Source: Octopus sinensis
Lineage: Eukaryota
Length of the DNA: 64,000 nucleotides
Reading direction: 5' to 3'
NCBI RefSeq assembly: GCF_006345805.1
Contig: NW_021825323.1
Coordinates: forward strand, 186,001-250,000
This document shows positions 15,399 to 27,970 of the stretch, one piece after another. Every line of letters begins with the position of its first letter. Position 1 is the stretch's first letter. Position numbers and translations under genes: made by a program. The notes below the pieces were generated by a model, which made no database searches, was not told where the DNA came from, and saw only the letters and a list, made by a program, of their open reading frames with translations.

Positions 15399-16990
15399 GG
15401 ACTTCTTGTGCGAGAGAAAGGATCCTTGAAGAGAACCGATGCGAACTGATCGCACTAGAACTCCTAACTTCCATTGGATGAATAACAATCGGTGGAATGT
15501 ACTCGAAGGACCTCAGAAACTACCCTGAAGTGATCAGGAAGTTCTTTGAGGATAATGAGATGGCCATTCTTGCGGGAGATCTCAACGCCAAAAATACCGC
15601 TTATGGATGCGAGACCTCTAATCAAGATGGTCTGGCTTTACTGAAGATCGCGAGGAAATATGACCTTAATGTCTGGACTTCTGAGGAACTTAATCATTTC
15701 TGCTTCAGTGGAGGTGATCGCCTCGGACTATTTCTTTCTTCCGCGTCTGTGAGCCCTTTTTGCGACAGGCCCCGGATAGAACTGCGGACTGGGAGTGACC
15801 ATCTGCCCCAATCAATGTTGTTGCGGACATCTACGGCGTTGGTATCAGATCTCTTCACGGGATACGACTTGTCCCCTGTGCAATGGCCCATGTTCGCCAT
15901 ATTCATGGGTGCACCTTTGGAACCTCTCTCCCACATGCATCTGTCCACGAGTGAAAGTATTGATCATCTCGATATGGCCATACGAAAGCATGTGGTGGCC
16001 TTTCTGGACAGATTCGCTTCTAAAAAACATATGAAATCCCTGGCACTTGGGGTTGTTAGATAAAGTAGCGGAGTTGGGTGCTGGGCGAAAAACTGTCAGA
16101 TGGCTAAAGGGCTTCTTGTGCGAGAGAAAATCGTTCATTCGTTGTGGAAATTTGTTATCGAAGGCCGTGAATCTGAGGAGAGGTGTTCCTCAGGGATCGG
16201 TTCTCAGCCCCTTGCTCTTCAATATATTTCTGGCCGACGTCCCAAAACCACATTTTCCTACGAGCAGACTAATTATCTACGCGGACGATATCTTGGTTAC
16301 GGATGTCTCGATGTGGGGACCCCGACACAGAAGAAGGTTGTCCTGGAGCAGACTAGAACCGTACTTGGAGGAACTTGAAATCTGGTGCAATGGTAAAGGC
16401 TTGAATCTCGCTCGGGACAAAAGTACCATTTGTTGGATTTCAATGGGTCGTGACAAAAAACCGACTTTCGAGGATTATGGGAACCTGATTATATCGAAGA
16501 ACCTACGTTACCTGGGAGTAACTATAGACCCCACCGGGTCATACAAACCACATGTGCATGCAAAGCGGAAACAAGGAGCGAAAATCCTAAAAGGACTGAG
16601 GCGTTTTTGTCTAAGCGCAGAAACGTTTCTACACATCTACCAGACTTGTGTTCAGCCACTAACAATCTATGGTTCGGAGGGCTGGTACCAAACTGATGAA
16701 AGGGACCTTCTAATCGCCAAACTCGAAAAAACCAGACGATTTGCCATCAAACTGGCATTCGGCCTGGAGCTCAGCAGTCCGCTGGAGGACCTGCATGAGC
16801 GGAGTGTTGACACGATAGACGCGATCCTGGCAAAAACTCGAATTCGCTGAGGGAGATAAGACAGTCTCCCGGGGCAAAACCGAAGTTGAGACCTTCGTGG
16901 CTCTCGTTATCAAGCCCCCTAAGCTCTAATTCCTCGGCCACTTTTTCTTTTGGAGCTATTGTATTAAATAAACCATATTCATTCATTCAT
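15399..16990 (+). mobile_element. Internally deleted APE-type LINE (endonuclease + C-terminal half of RT) with (ATTC)n tail
   Basis: Endonuclease motifs ILAGDLNAK and GSDHLP are joined near 16035 directly to the RT segment WHLGLLDK...GVPQGSVLSPLLFNIF...YADD...YLGV; 3' tail attcattcattc at ~16977-16988. Confidence 0.9.
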
Positions 16991-17029
16991 ATAATATCAT
17001 TATTTGTACCTTTATTAAAAAAAAAGAAA

Positions 17030-18927
17030 CTAATTAACTAAGTAATTTTACTAACTAAGTCCAGAGCCTTCGAAGTGAGCAGAAGGTGGCACTCCACGCA
17101 CCTCCTCCCCTTCTTCCTCCTCTTCTCTGGCACTGTAGACCTTCGAGAAGGTGCAGTCCAGCGCCTCTTGCTGACTAAACGTCAGGAAAGGGCTGGATCG
17201 GCGAGCATCAAACGAGACACTTTCCAGAGTCCTCTTAAGAACAGTTGACTGTATATAAGCCTGTAGAGACTTATCTACATCCAACTGTCTTAAGTACCGC
17301 TTGTGGTATTTGGTGACCAGTCCATCCCATGTCATCACACACGGGATGGCATGGACTTTGCACTGGTGCATCAGTCCTAGTTCGTTTGCAAGGAGGTCAT
17401 ACTTCCTCTTTTTTTCCACTTCCACTATCTGCAAACGGTCTAGGCACGTGATGCCCACCTCCACGATAACAATCTCCCCGGTGACCTTATCGTGGACCAC
17501 AATGTCGGGTCTGTTGTGCTGGACAACAATCGAGGTGCGTATGGGGGTATCCACCTTAATGCACACCCGCGAGTTCTCACACACCGATTGAACTCGATGG
17601 GTTCGCAACTTTCTGGACCGCCTCAAGCCATACTTATTGCAGAGCAAAAGATGGAGGGACCTCACCACCTCGTTATGCCTCCATGTGTAATCATGGTAAA
17701 GCATACTCCCGCACTTCGTGGCTAAATGGTCAACGGTCATTGCCTTACTCTTACAGTGGTTACACTGTTTCCGTTGACCATTAAAAAAGTTTCTATCCTG
17801 CAAATATGAGAACAACCCTTCAGATCGGGGAGAGTTATTTTCATATTTCAGCCACGTAGATTACGACGATACGGGTTGTCCAGGCTGCTAAAGAGAGTCT
17901 TGTGAAGGACTTTTAAGTTGATCTTTTTAATTAGAGACTCCTTTTGAAGTTTGATCAACTCCTTCACATTAACTTGGGTAGCACCTAGACCATACTTAGC
18001 CGACACATAGCCTTTTATGGTCCCTAGGTGTGTACCACGCGCTTTTTCCGCAGCAAGGATGGCAGCCTTCCTTTGGGATACACTCGACCCACTCCACAAG
18101 GTGTCGTGCATCTTAGTAAGAATTCGCTCACTTAAGTGTACGATGTTACTCAGTCCACGTCTTAGCTGCCCGCGAGACAAGTACAATCTCTCCTTATTGC
18201 TTGCCAACACGTGGACGTGATTCTCTCGGAGTACTCATCGGACAATAAGGTCCATTTCATCGTACTCACTCGGCTCGAATTCGATCAGGCCAACGTAGTA
18301 GTTTAGCAATGAGATGGCATACTCGTTCAAGGCATGAAATAAGTTCCGTGCATTGAGCCGAGTCTTACATAACATTGCCGCCCTACTACGCACACCCTCC
18401 ACTACACACTTTCTCGTTTCGGGTGTGATTAATGAGGCTGGACTCTCAACCATACCAAGATACTTATACCCTTGGTGTTCCTTCAAGACTTTGACTAGGT
18501 CACCACACACAGGGATGTTAGTCGCCGACTTGTCGTAGTTGAGCTCCAACCCCACGGCCTTCATGAAACCTTTCAGGACTTTGCCCATCGAGTGGAGGAT
18601 CTCTGAAGACCGAGCGAACAGCTTAATGTCGTCTATGAACATGAGATGGTTGGTGCTAAAACACCCTCCTTCATGTTCGATCGACATTTGTTCGAATTGG
18701 GCAGTGAGGACTCTACTCAGCGGTTCTAGGCAGAGGACAAACAGCAGCGGAGACATGCTGTCGCCCTGTAATATGCCCCTCTCTAGCTTCACCTCGCATT
18801 TGTTGTAATGTAGATGCACGTTCCACCTGTCCATCACAGTTGCAACAAATTTGATAAACCACATTGGCAACTTAAGCCTTCGCAGACACTCAACGAGGTA
18901 GGCATGATCAACCGAGTCATATGCCTT
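17030..18927 (-). mobile_element. 5'-truncated NeSL/R2-like non-LTR retrotransposon (RT + CCHC + restriction-like endonuclease), pseudogenised
   Basis: KAYDSVDH, GILQGDSMSPLLF, FIDD, YKYLG, CNHC...DHLATKC, RHNEVV, RPDIVV, IVEVGIT, EKKRKY. Nonsense codon at 18235 and a frameshift near 17848. Confidence 0.95.
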
Positions 18928-19248
18928 ATTATTTGTACTAATAGAGATTAATCTTAGGTAATAATTGTCACGAGTTTTTACTTTTATTTAAGATCTACAC
19001 CAATTTTTGCTGGCATATCATAATTTTTGACGATAAACTCAATAAACTATTTCACTAATCACGTTTGATGCCTAATAAAGTTTTCATAAAAAATAATGAA
19101 GAGTAAAACATTATAAAATCTATCCTCGAAGAACAAGACCTGAACATCTCAGCTTCTCGGAAGTACAAACTAAAAAAGAAGGCTGAAAAATTCTTATGGA
19201 TCTTCTAAAAAGAAGGCATATTTTTATGGATCACGGGCCTTGTAAATA

Positions 19249-21001
19249 CAGTAAAGTCTCTCGAATCCGCAGACTCTCGAATCTGCCATACCCTCGAATT
19301 TGCCAATTATAATTAATAAATTCTCTTATCCGCCATTTTTCCTAAAAAAATTCTCGAATCCGCCAAATTCTCGAATCCGCCATATTTTTTATAATGAATC
19401 CGCCATGTGTCCTAATTTTAAATAATTTTTTTAATTAAATTTACTGATGTAACTGTACAAGACTAAAAAACAATCAAAAAATTGAGATTTTGAAGTTTAT
19501 TCAAACAAATAATGAATTATCTTCACTAAAAATTTCTGAGATTTTTTCAAAAAAATACAACTTGCCTGTTTCTCGCCGATCTATTGATGATCTGAAAAGT
19601 AAAAGAGGATCTAACATTATGTTTCATAACCTAAGATCTGACATTTCCCGCAAACAATATTTAAAGTTTGCTGAAATCGATGATAATACTATTGCTTGGG
19701 TCAATTCAATGGATCTTAAAAGAGCCATTTCAAATGATAGGATTATTACTGAGAAAGCAAAAGCCTTTGCATTGAATCTCGGGATTACTGAATTCAAAGG
19801 AAGCAAAGGGTGGTTAGTTAAATTTAAAAAGAGGAATGGTTTGAAATTACGTAGTATGCATGGAGAATCTGCAACTCCAAATTTTGACCCTAATTTAGTA
19901 TCAGATTTCATTGAATTAATCAAAAATAAAATCAGTCTTTACGGAGCTCAAAATGTTTATAATGCCGATGAAACTGGCTTATTTTACAAAATGATACCGT
20001 CTAAGAGTGTTTGTAAAACATTAAATCTGGCTATAAAGTCCTGAAAGACAGAGTTAAAATGGGAATGGGAAATGGAATTGCGAAAACAAGATAGAAAAAT
20101 TTTGCTTGTTGTAGATCAATCTCCTGCACATAAGGTGAATTTCATGAAATTTACATTAGGCATTGATTGAATTAAAACAAATTGAGATGTTATTTCTACC
20201 ACCTAATACAACATCTTTTTTACAGCCCATGGATCAGGGCATAATTAAATCGTATTAATTTTAAATTGTTTCATTCATGCAAAATGGACTCAAAACAATG
20301 AAAATATTAATTATGAAAATCCCTTAATTGAAAATTATGATAATATTCTGGAAAAAATGGATATTATTGATCCGTTAGAAGAAAGTCTTTATATTGAGAT
20401 TGAATATAATGAAAGTGAAGAACTTGAATTAAATAATTCAGAAAAAATAGAACAAGAAATTAGCGAAGAACCGTGTGAACAAAGTCAGAAAGTTGTTACC
20501 ATTAACGAGGCTTTTATCGCTTTAAACAAATTAAAAGAGTTCTATAATCAAGAAGAATTCTTTAATATAGAAAATCTTGAGTATATTGAAAACATTGGAT
20601 CTTCAATGATCCAAACTCTAAGAAGAAACAAGTCTAAACTTACTGATTTTGTTTGTTTTTAATAAATCGAAACATCAGGCACATTCGGCCCAGCCACGCT
20701 ACGTTTTCTCACCGAGAGAGGCCGTCACCTCGGGAGGATTAGAAACGACCCCCGCGAGGTCAATCGGCTTTTTGAGCGCGTCTCAATAGCCGTACTCAGG
20801 GGGAACAGTTTCTCTATTCTCTCTGCGGCTAGTAGCTGACTTCCTGTTCCATTTTCTTTTCTTTTTTAATAAATTATTTTGGCTTAATAATTTAAATTAT
20901 TAATCGATTAAAAAATCGATAAGTCTCTCGAATCCGCCAAATTCTCGAATCCGCCAGATTTTGCCGATCCCCGAAATTGGCGGATTCGAGAGACTTTACT
21001 G
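19249..21001 (+). mobile_element. pogo/Tigger DNA transposon, internally deleted
   Basis: 22-bp TIRs CAGTAAAGTCTCTCGAATCCGC with TA duplication on both sides. CENP-B HTH (FKGSKGWLVKFKKR), NADETGLFYK, FLPPNTTSFLQPMDQGII and C-terminal KLTDF. Confidence 0.95.
20668..20862 (+). mobile_element. 5'-truncated CRE-type non-LTR 3' end with 12-bp TSD
   Basis: Encodes ETSGTFGP...RVSIAVLRGNS; flanked by TTTTTAATAAAT at 20656-20667 and 20863-20874. Confidence 0.85.
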
Positions 21002-21400
21002 TACTTGCAATCAGACAATAGTACGGAGTTCAAGAATGACCATATAAGAAAACTCTGTCAAGAGTACAAAATTGTTCAAATTCATGGACGATCCAACAAT
21101 CCTCAGAGCCAGGGGATAGTTGAAAGATTTAATCAGACAATCATAAGGAGTTTATCCAAATTGATGGCTTCGGATGATAAAAAAAGTGGATAAAACACAT
21201 TCAAAAAGCTGTGTTTTTGTACAATCAGAGAGCTCATTCATCCACATGTAAATTACATTTTTTTATTTTCTAGGCGTTTGTCCATTCCAAAGATATCGTG
21301 GTATTCCTGGATTCAACACTGTTGTTGAAAATCCAGTGCTGAGGAAAATCCTAAAAGTTTTGATATGGAAGAATTGGAAGTTGTAGAAAATCCCAACATT
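21002..21400 (+). mobile_element. Ginger-like rve integrase fragment (continues from ~19220-19248 across the pogo insertion), with a 26-nt intron
   Basis: Removing the pogo element restores FMDHGPCKY-LQSDNSTEF...PQSQGIVERFNQTI in frame; intron 21248-21273. Confidence 0.8.
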
Positions 21401-21479
21401 TATAATAAAGGTTTTTTATTGTTATTTATTAGTAAAGTTAATGAAAAAGAGGTGTCCCCAAGGGATCAGTACTCAGTCC

Positions 21480-21790
21480 TCTGTTATTTAACATTGTCAT
21501 GAGTAATCTACCTTCCCCAAATTTTGTTGTTGAAAGTTGGGATAACATCTTCCCAAAACTTACAGCAAGTGAAGATCGAAAAAATGAGAAAATATGACCT
21601 CCTATCCAAGAAGCTGGAATTAATATCTCGCGAGAGTGAAAATAGTACCTATTCTATTAACATGTGATGGGCTGGTTACTCAAAAATTGCTACAGTATGC
21701 ACGTTTGCTTAACATCAGTGACATACAATCACTCACTATAAAAAAAACCCTTGAGAGCATGATTGTTTCTTATAAAAACAGAGTTTAACC
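21480..21790 (+). mobile_element. Decayed RLE-endonuclease C-terminus of a NeSL-like element
   Basis: Translates (with frameshifts) to VGIT...EKMRKYDLL...DGLVT...QSLTIKKTLESM, paralogous to the 17051-17500 region. Confidence 0.65.
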
Positions 21791-21982
21791 GTGGGAAAGA
21801 ACGTTTGAACTGGACAAAAAAATAAACAAGATTTATCTCCAAATAAGTATGTCTTCAACATCACCAGTATCTGTCAATACTCCGTAGGAAAAGAAGCGGG
21901 CTTGCCTACCCGAATCACTTTGCGAATAGAGGATGTTGCGATCAGAAGAAAAAGTTTAATTAATAATGCCATTGACCTATAT

Positions 21983-22531
21983 CAGCGGTTCTCAAATGCG
22001 GCCCCCGGGGCCGCATGTGGCCCCCATGATTTTTTTTGCGGCCCCTCTAGAGTAACTAACTTTTTTAATTTTTTAATAATGTTTAAATTCAATTATTCAT
22101 TCTTAAGGTTAAACATATCCATAATTGGTGATTTCATTAGTCAATTTGAAGCACGTTTTGGGGTACATTATAAATTTAATTTTTAGAATTTTAAAGAATT
22201 CCTTCCTTTAATGAAAATATTCGTAACTCCATTCAGCGTGGAAATTAAGGATGCGCCTGCAAAGTTTCAACTAGAACGCATTAATTTACAACATAATATA
22301 GAACTGGCGGCATTATTCAAAAATGCGTCCATTATTAATTTTTACGAATTAATTCCTCCAGACAAATTCAAAAATATAACACACAATGCATATATAAATC
22401 TACATATTTATGCGAATCAATATTTAGTAAAATGGAAAATATAAAAATATATATAATATTTTTTGTGCGGCCCGCGAAGCTAATCTTAATTATCGATTTG
22501 GCCCTTGAGCTAAAAAGGTTGAGAACCCCTG
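21983..22531 (+). mobile_element. Non-autonomous hAT (Charlie/Buster-like) element, 549 bp
   Basis: TIRs CAG(C/G)GGTTCTCAA, perfect 8-bp TSD ACCTATAT (21975-21982 and 22532-22539), and an internal transposase remnant FVTPFSVEIKDAPAKFQLE. Confidence 0.95.
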
Positions 22532-22604
22532 ACCTATATAATATTTGTATTATCAGTTCTAAGTCTTTGAGTTAGCTTAAAAACACGATATTCAAATCAA
22601 TAAA

Positions 22605-24212
22605 TCATTTAGTAACACTTTTTTTAACACTCTCGTAGTAGTATTGACTGGGCTGATTAGGAATAAACTCTAATTCGTCTTCTATTTCGTGTGTGGCTGC
22701 AAAAACCATTCCACAGGCTATCTGGTAGTGATGTCCGTTACTTTTATCAATGATCTAACAAATCCCACAACAAAAATCAACTTGATTAATTGAATTCTCA
22801 CCAATATTCATTTTCCTTAACTCTCTTCGAAGAGAAACAACATCAAAATGACGGAACGGACAGCCTATCTCGATAAAAACAATGCCATACCGTAGCATTC
22901 TCCTGTGGACGGGCCAATGTTGGATATAATGCGCATACAAGAGTGTGGTGTGTAGTCAGTCCGCCGTCCTTCCTTCCCGTAATTATGACGAATGTTGTAG
23001 GCATAGTTTTTTTCAAACTACAAGTTAATAACCCAAATATAATAAAACCTTATCAACATCCATTTTGTGAGTAAATTCCTCCCTCCAAAATTTGAGTGAC
23101 TCCTCCAAAGGAAGACCAATTGCTTTGAGGAATAACCCGTACTGTTGTCTCCCCCAGTGACGCATGTGATGTAGTTGCCTCAAAACTTCGTGTATAACGC
23201 GCATACATAACGGAAAATGTTTTATATATAACTAATTACAGTAACAATTTAGAATTACATTGTCAATTTGGCTGGCCTTAAGTTCGCTGTGGTTGGCAGG
23301 AATGTCATTTTCTACCAAATCCATGCTCAACTCTTCCAAAATAGGCTGCATCCTGTTGTCCTCGTCGAACAGATTTCCAAGCGAATTAGAAATGGACTAG
23401 GAAAATAAGCTGGTCAGCTGAAACAATACAGAAAGTGACTGAGACAAATAAGTCCTAAAGAGAGAACAAACACTCGGCATAAGCTGGTTTTGTGTCAGGT
23501 ACGCATTCCCTTTGTGCAAAAGAACTGCTCTTTTTCCAACTAACTCGACCGCTTCAGCGAAAGGGAGGACGTATAGTTTAGTCGATGACCCAAAGTAGGC
23601 ATTTTGTACATTTTGAGGAAAAATAGTTTCAGCCGAGTTAATAAGTGGATACCCGACATCATTTGAGTGTATAAATTTTGTAAAGGAAGCAGAGTCCAGA
23701 CTGAGGGCTTTCAGTCTAACACGGAACAATTCCAATTCGTTGGCCAAAAACCAACGACGAAGATGTTCACTTTAAGAGCATTAGCCAATAAATTCATACC
23801 TCTTAGAAAAGGCTAGTCTGAGTATATAATGGGAGATGACATCATTTTCCCGCTCTTTCTCAATTTTGATGTAATCATTAGTGTTTTCCACCCCATACTA
23901 AAAACATTAATGTTAATTAATGAATAAAAATATACAATTATTGAACGCCAGTTGGTGAGATTTCTTAGTGCCATGATTCTTTCAAGTTCAGAGGCAAAGT
24001 CGATTTTTGATTTGCCTGCTGATATTGCAGACACCTCTTCTATCACGCGGAGGACTAGTTTAAATAATAAAATGATAACTTTTCAGACGTTGTATGCCTA
24101 GGGAAGATAATTTTTCCAGACTTAAGACGGAAGTTGGGTATTCTTTATAGAAATTGATATTTGAACTACAATGGTAGTGATCGTTACGGTCGACGTCAAA
24201 GAAAAATTCCAT
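22605..24212 (-). CDS. PRIM2: DNA primase large subunit
   Basis: Motifs [40 protein letters not shown] and C-terminal PNQPSQYY; ATG at 24212, TGA at 22605; many micro-introns. Confidence 0.95.
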
Positions 24213-24571
24213 GTGAACACAAAACTATAATTAGCAGCGCCATAAATATTATTATATTAATTTTAGCTATTAAATATTATAGTTATTATTTTGTAAAAAA
24301 ACTTTGGTATTGAATCTTCATAATTTTTGAGATTGCAATTTTTTTAATGAATAATTAAAAAATCTTTTGACATTAGAAATAATTAAATTGATAATTAAAA
24401 ACTATTAAAAAAATTATATTTGCAATTTAAATTAGATACAAATATGTTTATATGTTTACTTTGTTAATTAGTGGTTTTTGTATCTGCCGGTTATTTTCTT
24501 ATTTTATTTTTTGTTAGAATATTAGTGGCTATTACATATAATTATTGATAAAACAATCTTATCCTACGAAA

Positions 24572-25054
24572 ATGAGATTTTTGTTGTGGAAATTTTTCTT
24601 TAAAAAGTCAAAAAATATCAAAAAATGTTCCCAAAAGTACTTTCTTTGTCTAATTTCTTAGGAAGGCATTAGCAGACTGCCTTCATTTCTACAGTTGCTG
24701 TCATTGCGGAAACCTGCTGTCGGGATGTCACTATCTAGTATCAAAGGTATAAGAAAGAATTTGAACCCATAGGCCTTTCAGGGAAGTACTGGGAGAGCCT
24801 ATCTGTTTGATCTTGTCTGTAATGTGGGTTTTGGTAACTTCCAAGAACGTACTCTGATGACTGGAAAGCATCTGATAAGAAATATATTTTGTGTAGGCTG
24901 CAAGACGACAATTGGCTGGCACTATGTAACCCTTTTATTTATTAATTGGCAGGTTTATGCGTATTCCAAGACCCAAAAGTACAAAGAAGGAAAATCTATT
25001 TTGGAGTACAGTCATTTAGTAAAACATACCAACTGGGAGTCGATTTGTTTATAG
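24572..25054 (+). CDS. YPEL: Yippee-like zinc-binding protein (YPEL1-4 type)
   Basis: Splicing three introns (25, 26 and 27 nt) gives YSCCHC...SKAFQGSTGRAYLF...ERTLMTGKH...FCVGCKTTIGWHY...QKYKEGK. Confidence 0.95.
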
Positions 25055-25274
25055 TAGATCCGCTTATATTTCCTCAATATATATTCTTTATTCATTTAAT
25101 ATTTAGCTTACTGCTAATTGTTATTGATTTATAAATTATCGAAGTAAGAATTCCCGAAATAATAATGTTTATGAAGCGATTAAAAGTCATTATTTATTTT
25201 TGGTGATGAATTATGTTTTTTAATTTAACGATTAAAATAAATAAAACCAACATATACTTAGAGTTGTTTATTTT

Positions 25275-27534
25275 ATGTTGTTTATATCTTATCTTATTGT
25301 TAAAATGGGATGCTTTTCTAACAGCCAGGAAATAATTTTAAAAAATGAATTTAAGATCACATTTCATTGCGAAGAAATTAAAAGATGTAATTCCGTGGAA
25401 ATACACTTCTACACTTTTCATCGGTGTTTTGTTTAAATCAATAATAGCAACTTTACTTGTTATCTCAACCTTTCTACAAAAATCAACGAAGAAATTTCTA
25501 AGACGAGATATTTTGTTGATAACTTGGGCACTCAGGAGGAGTTTTTTCACATCAATGGTCTCGTCATATATGATGGTTACGTCGATGGTAAAATTATTTA
25601 CTGTTTAATAAATTATTAGGAGAAAATAAATCACATGTTCTTTTGATGATGGAGGAGACAGAGCTAATATCTTTTTCCGTAATATTGGGGGATGGGATAT
25701 TGACTATTCTGGTTGTATCTAAGGAAATATAATATAGCCCTTAGAAACATCTGACTCATTGATTGTCAACTTTCAGAGAGATCATGTTATATCGAAAGAC
25801 TACAGAGTCGTAGGAGTGGATGCTAATATGAATGACATGTCTAATCGGATGGTTCGGTCAGTGGCTCAAGGGACACGCTGTCCTCTTCTTTTAGTGGCGG
25901 ATTCTAAGTTTTTTGCACGTGTAGGCAAAAGCAATATTCATATCACTGCTAACTTCATGGTTGGTTAAGTAAACTTAGTGGTAGATGAGTCTGATCGCAA
26001 GAGTCAATCAAATATTTATATCCACCGACTGGCCGGGCGGACAGAAATATGGGCTAGAAATATCTTCTGTTAGTACATAGAGAATAAGTTATAGATATAC
26101 ATTCATACTACACCCGATACTATTTTCGATCATTACAACAATGCTAGAGTTGTATGGGATGCCCATGATTTGCTCAACTCATTTTCAAAAATGGGGGGAT
26201 CGCAGCAATTTTGTCTTTCTCAGTTATTTTCAGCGGCGTTTCTGGAGGATTCGGTTTTGGGAATTGCCTTTCGTGCTTCTGCGAATTCGTTTTTTGGAGG
26301 AATATGTTCATTTAGTGAGTATGCTTGAAGATGAGTTTTTAAAGGGACGTCGAATACACACTACAACACTGCTGTGGTGACAGCGGTTGATCAATATGAT
26401 GTGCTAATAACTCCCAATCATCTCACTCTCATTCTTGCCCACGGTAGCACTGTACCTAGATAATTAGAGAATTGGGACACAGTTTTGGGGCTAATCACGA
26501 CCCTGATCCGAGTGAAGAGTGTTCTCCTTTATCTGCACGCGGGGGAGCATTCATTATGTCGGCCACTTCCCATATGGGATTTGATGTTAATAATTGGGTT
26601 GTTTTTTCTGACTAAATAACAGATGTTTTCCCCTTGCTCAATTAGGCTGATGGACAGTATCATCAATATACGAGCTAATTTGTGCTTTACTACCCCCTAT
26701 TCCTCGTTTTGTGGAAATAGTATTCTTGAGAATGCAGAGGAGTGTGATGGGGGTTCATGCTGTACTGATGATTGCAAATTACTACCTGGTGCTGTCTGCA
26801 GGCTTGGAAACTGCTTTATTATTTAGTGATATTAATAGCCCTTGTTGTACTAACTGTCAATATTCGTCAGGAAATATTTGTCTTAAAGTGGATATTGGAT
26901 TTCCGAATATAAATTGTCAGGCAGACTCGTATTGCAAGTCTGATTGTTAATTGAATTGAAATAGTGGTCATTCTGGCGATTGTCCCTCTCTATCACATGT
27001 TCCTGACAATTCGCCATGTGGTGATGATGGAAGGTGTTTAGGTGGTGAGTGTAAATCATATTGCAATCTCATTAATCTCGATGATTGTCTCTGCACGAAT
27101 GGTTGAGTTTTTAATTAATTTTTAGAAGAAGATGCCTGCAAGCGATGCTGTCGAATGGGCTCAGACTGCCTTCCTTCGTCATACTACAACAACTCATATA
27201 ACCTCACCCTTGCCAATTCTCACGCGTGCTATAGAGGAATATGCCAGAATGTACTGTGCTCTCACTACCCACACAGGGAAAATGTACTCCATCTTCATCA
27301 GATTATGTCTCTGTTTTTTGGCGGTTTTTTAACAAATTAAACCAAAATGGAATTGGTTTATGAGTGAGTTCATTGAATTAGTACAATTTATGGGTCGCAA
27401 TGTAGTCTTCACTGTTATTGTTTTGTCTGCTCTACTTTGGATTCCCGGATGTCTAGTTATTAGAAAATTGGTTTGTGGATTGTTTTTCACTTTAGGAAAA
27501 CGAATATTGTGGTAGAGAAAGAGAAATCAGCTGA
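25275..27534 (+). CDS. ADAM17: ADAM17/ADAM10-type membrane metalloprotease (closest to ADAM17)
   Basis: Signal peptide, zinc motif HELGHSFGANHD (restored by removing a 26-nt intron), disintegrin CGNSILENAEECDGG, Cys-rich region, TM segment NVVFTVIVLSALLWIPG, and an apparently short tail. Confidence 0.85.
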
Positions 27535-27970
27535 TTGGGGTTCGTTTAAAGCTCATTCACATTTAGTTAATTTTGCGCATATGATAATTCCTGTGTAAAT
27601 AATTTAGTTTTACTTGTTTCTTTGTTCAAAAATTGTTTCGGTTTTTCATTTTAAAAATATTCAGAGAAAACAATCAGAGATAAATATTTATGGGTTCATA
27701 TAAAAATTAGAAAAATACAACGAAATCCGAACTAGTCAACATATTGAAAACCGAAAGGTTATCCAGAATGAATAAGAGCAGGATTTTAAGGCATTTAAAG
27801 AAACTTCCTATTTAAAAAGGTTAACTTTAAATTATTTACAAGACTTTCTGTAGCAGCATGGACAACCAGGATGTGGCGTATCGTCATCATTAGGGCGAAC
27901 TAAGTTAAAAACGTTAAAATTTAATAATAGTATTAAATAATCATTAAAATGATTTTTTAACAATATTTTA

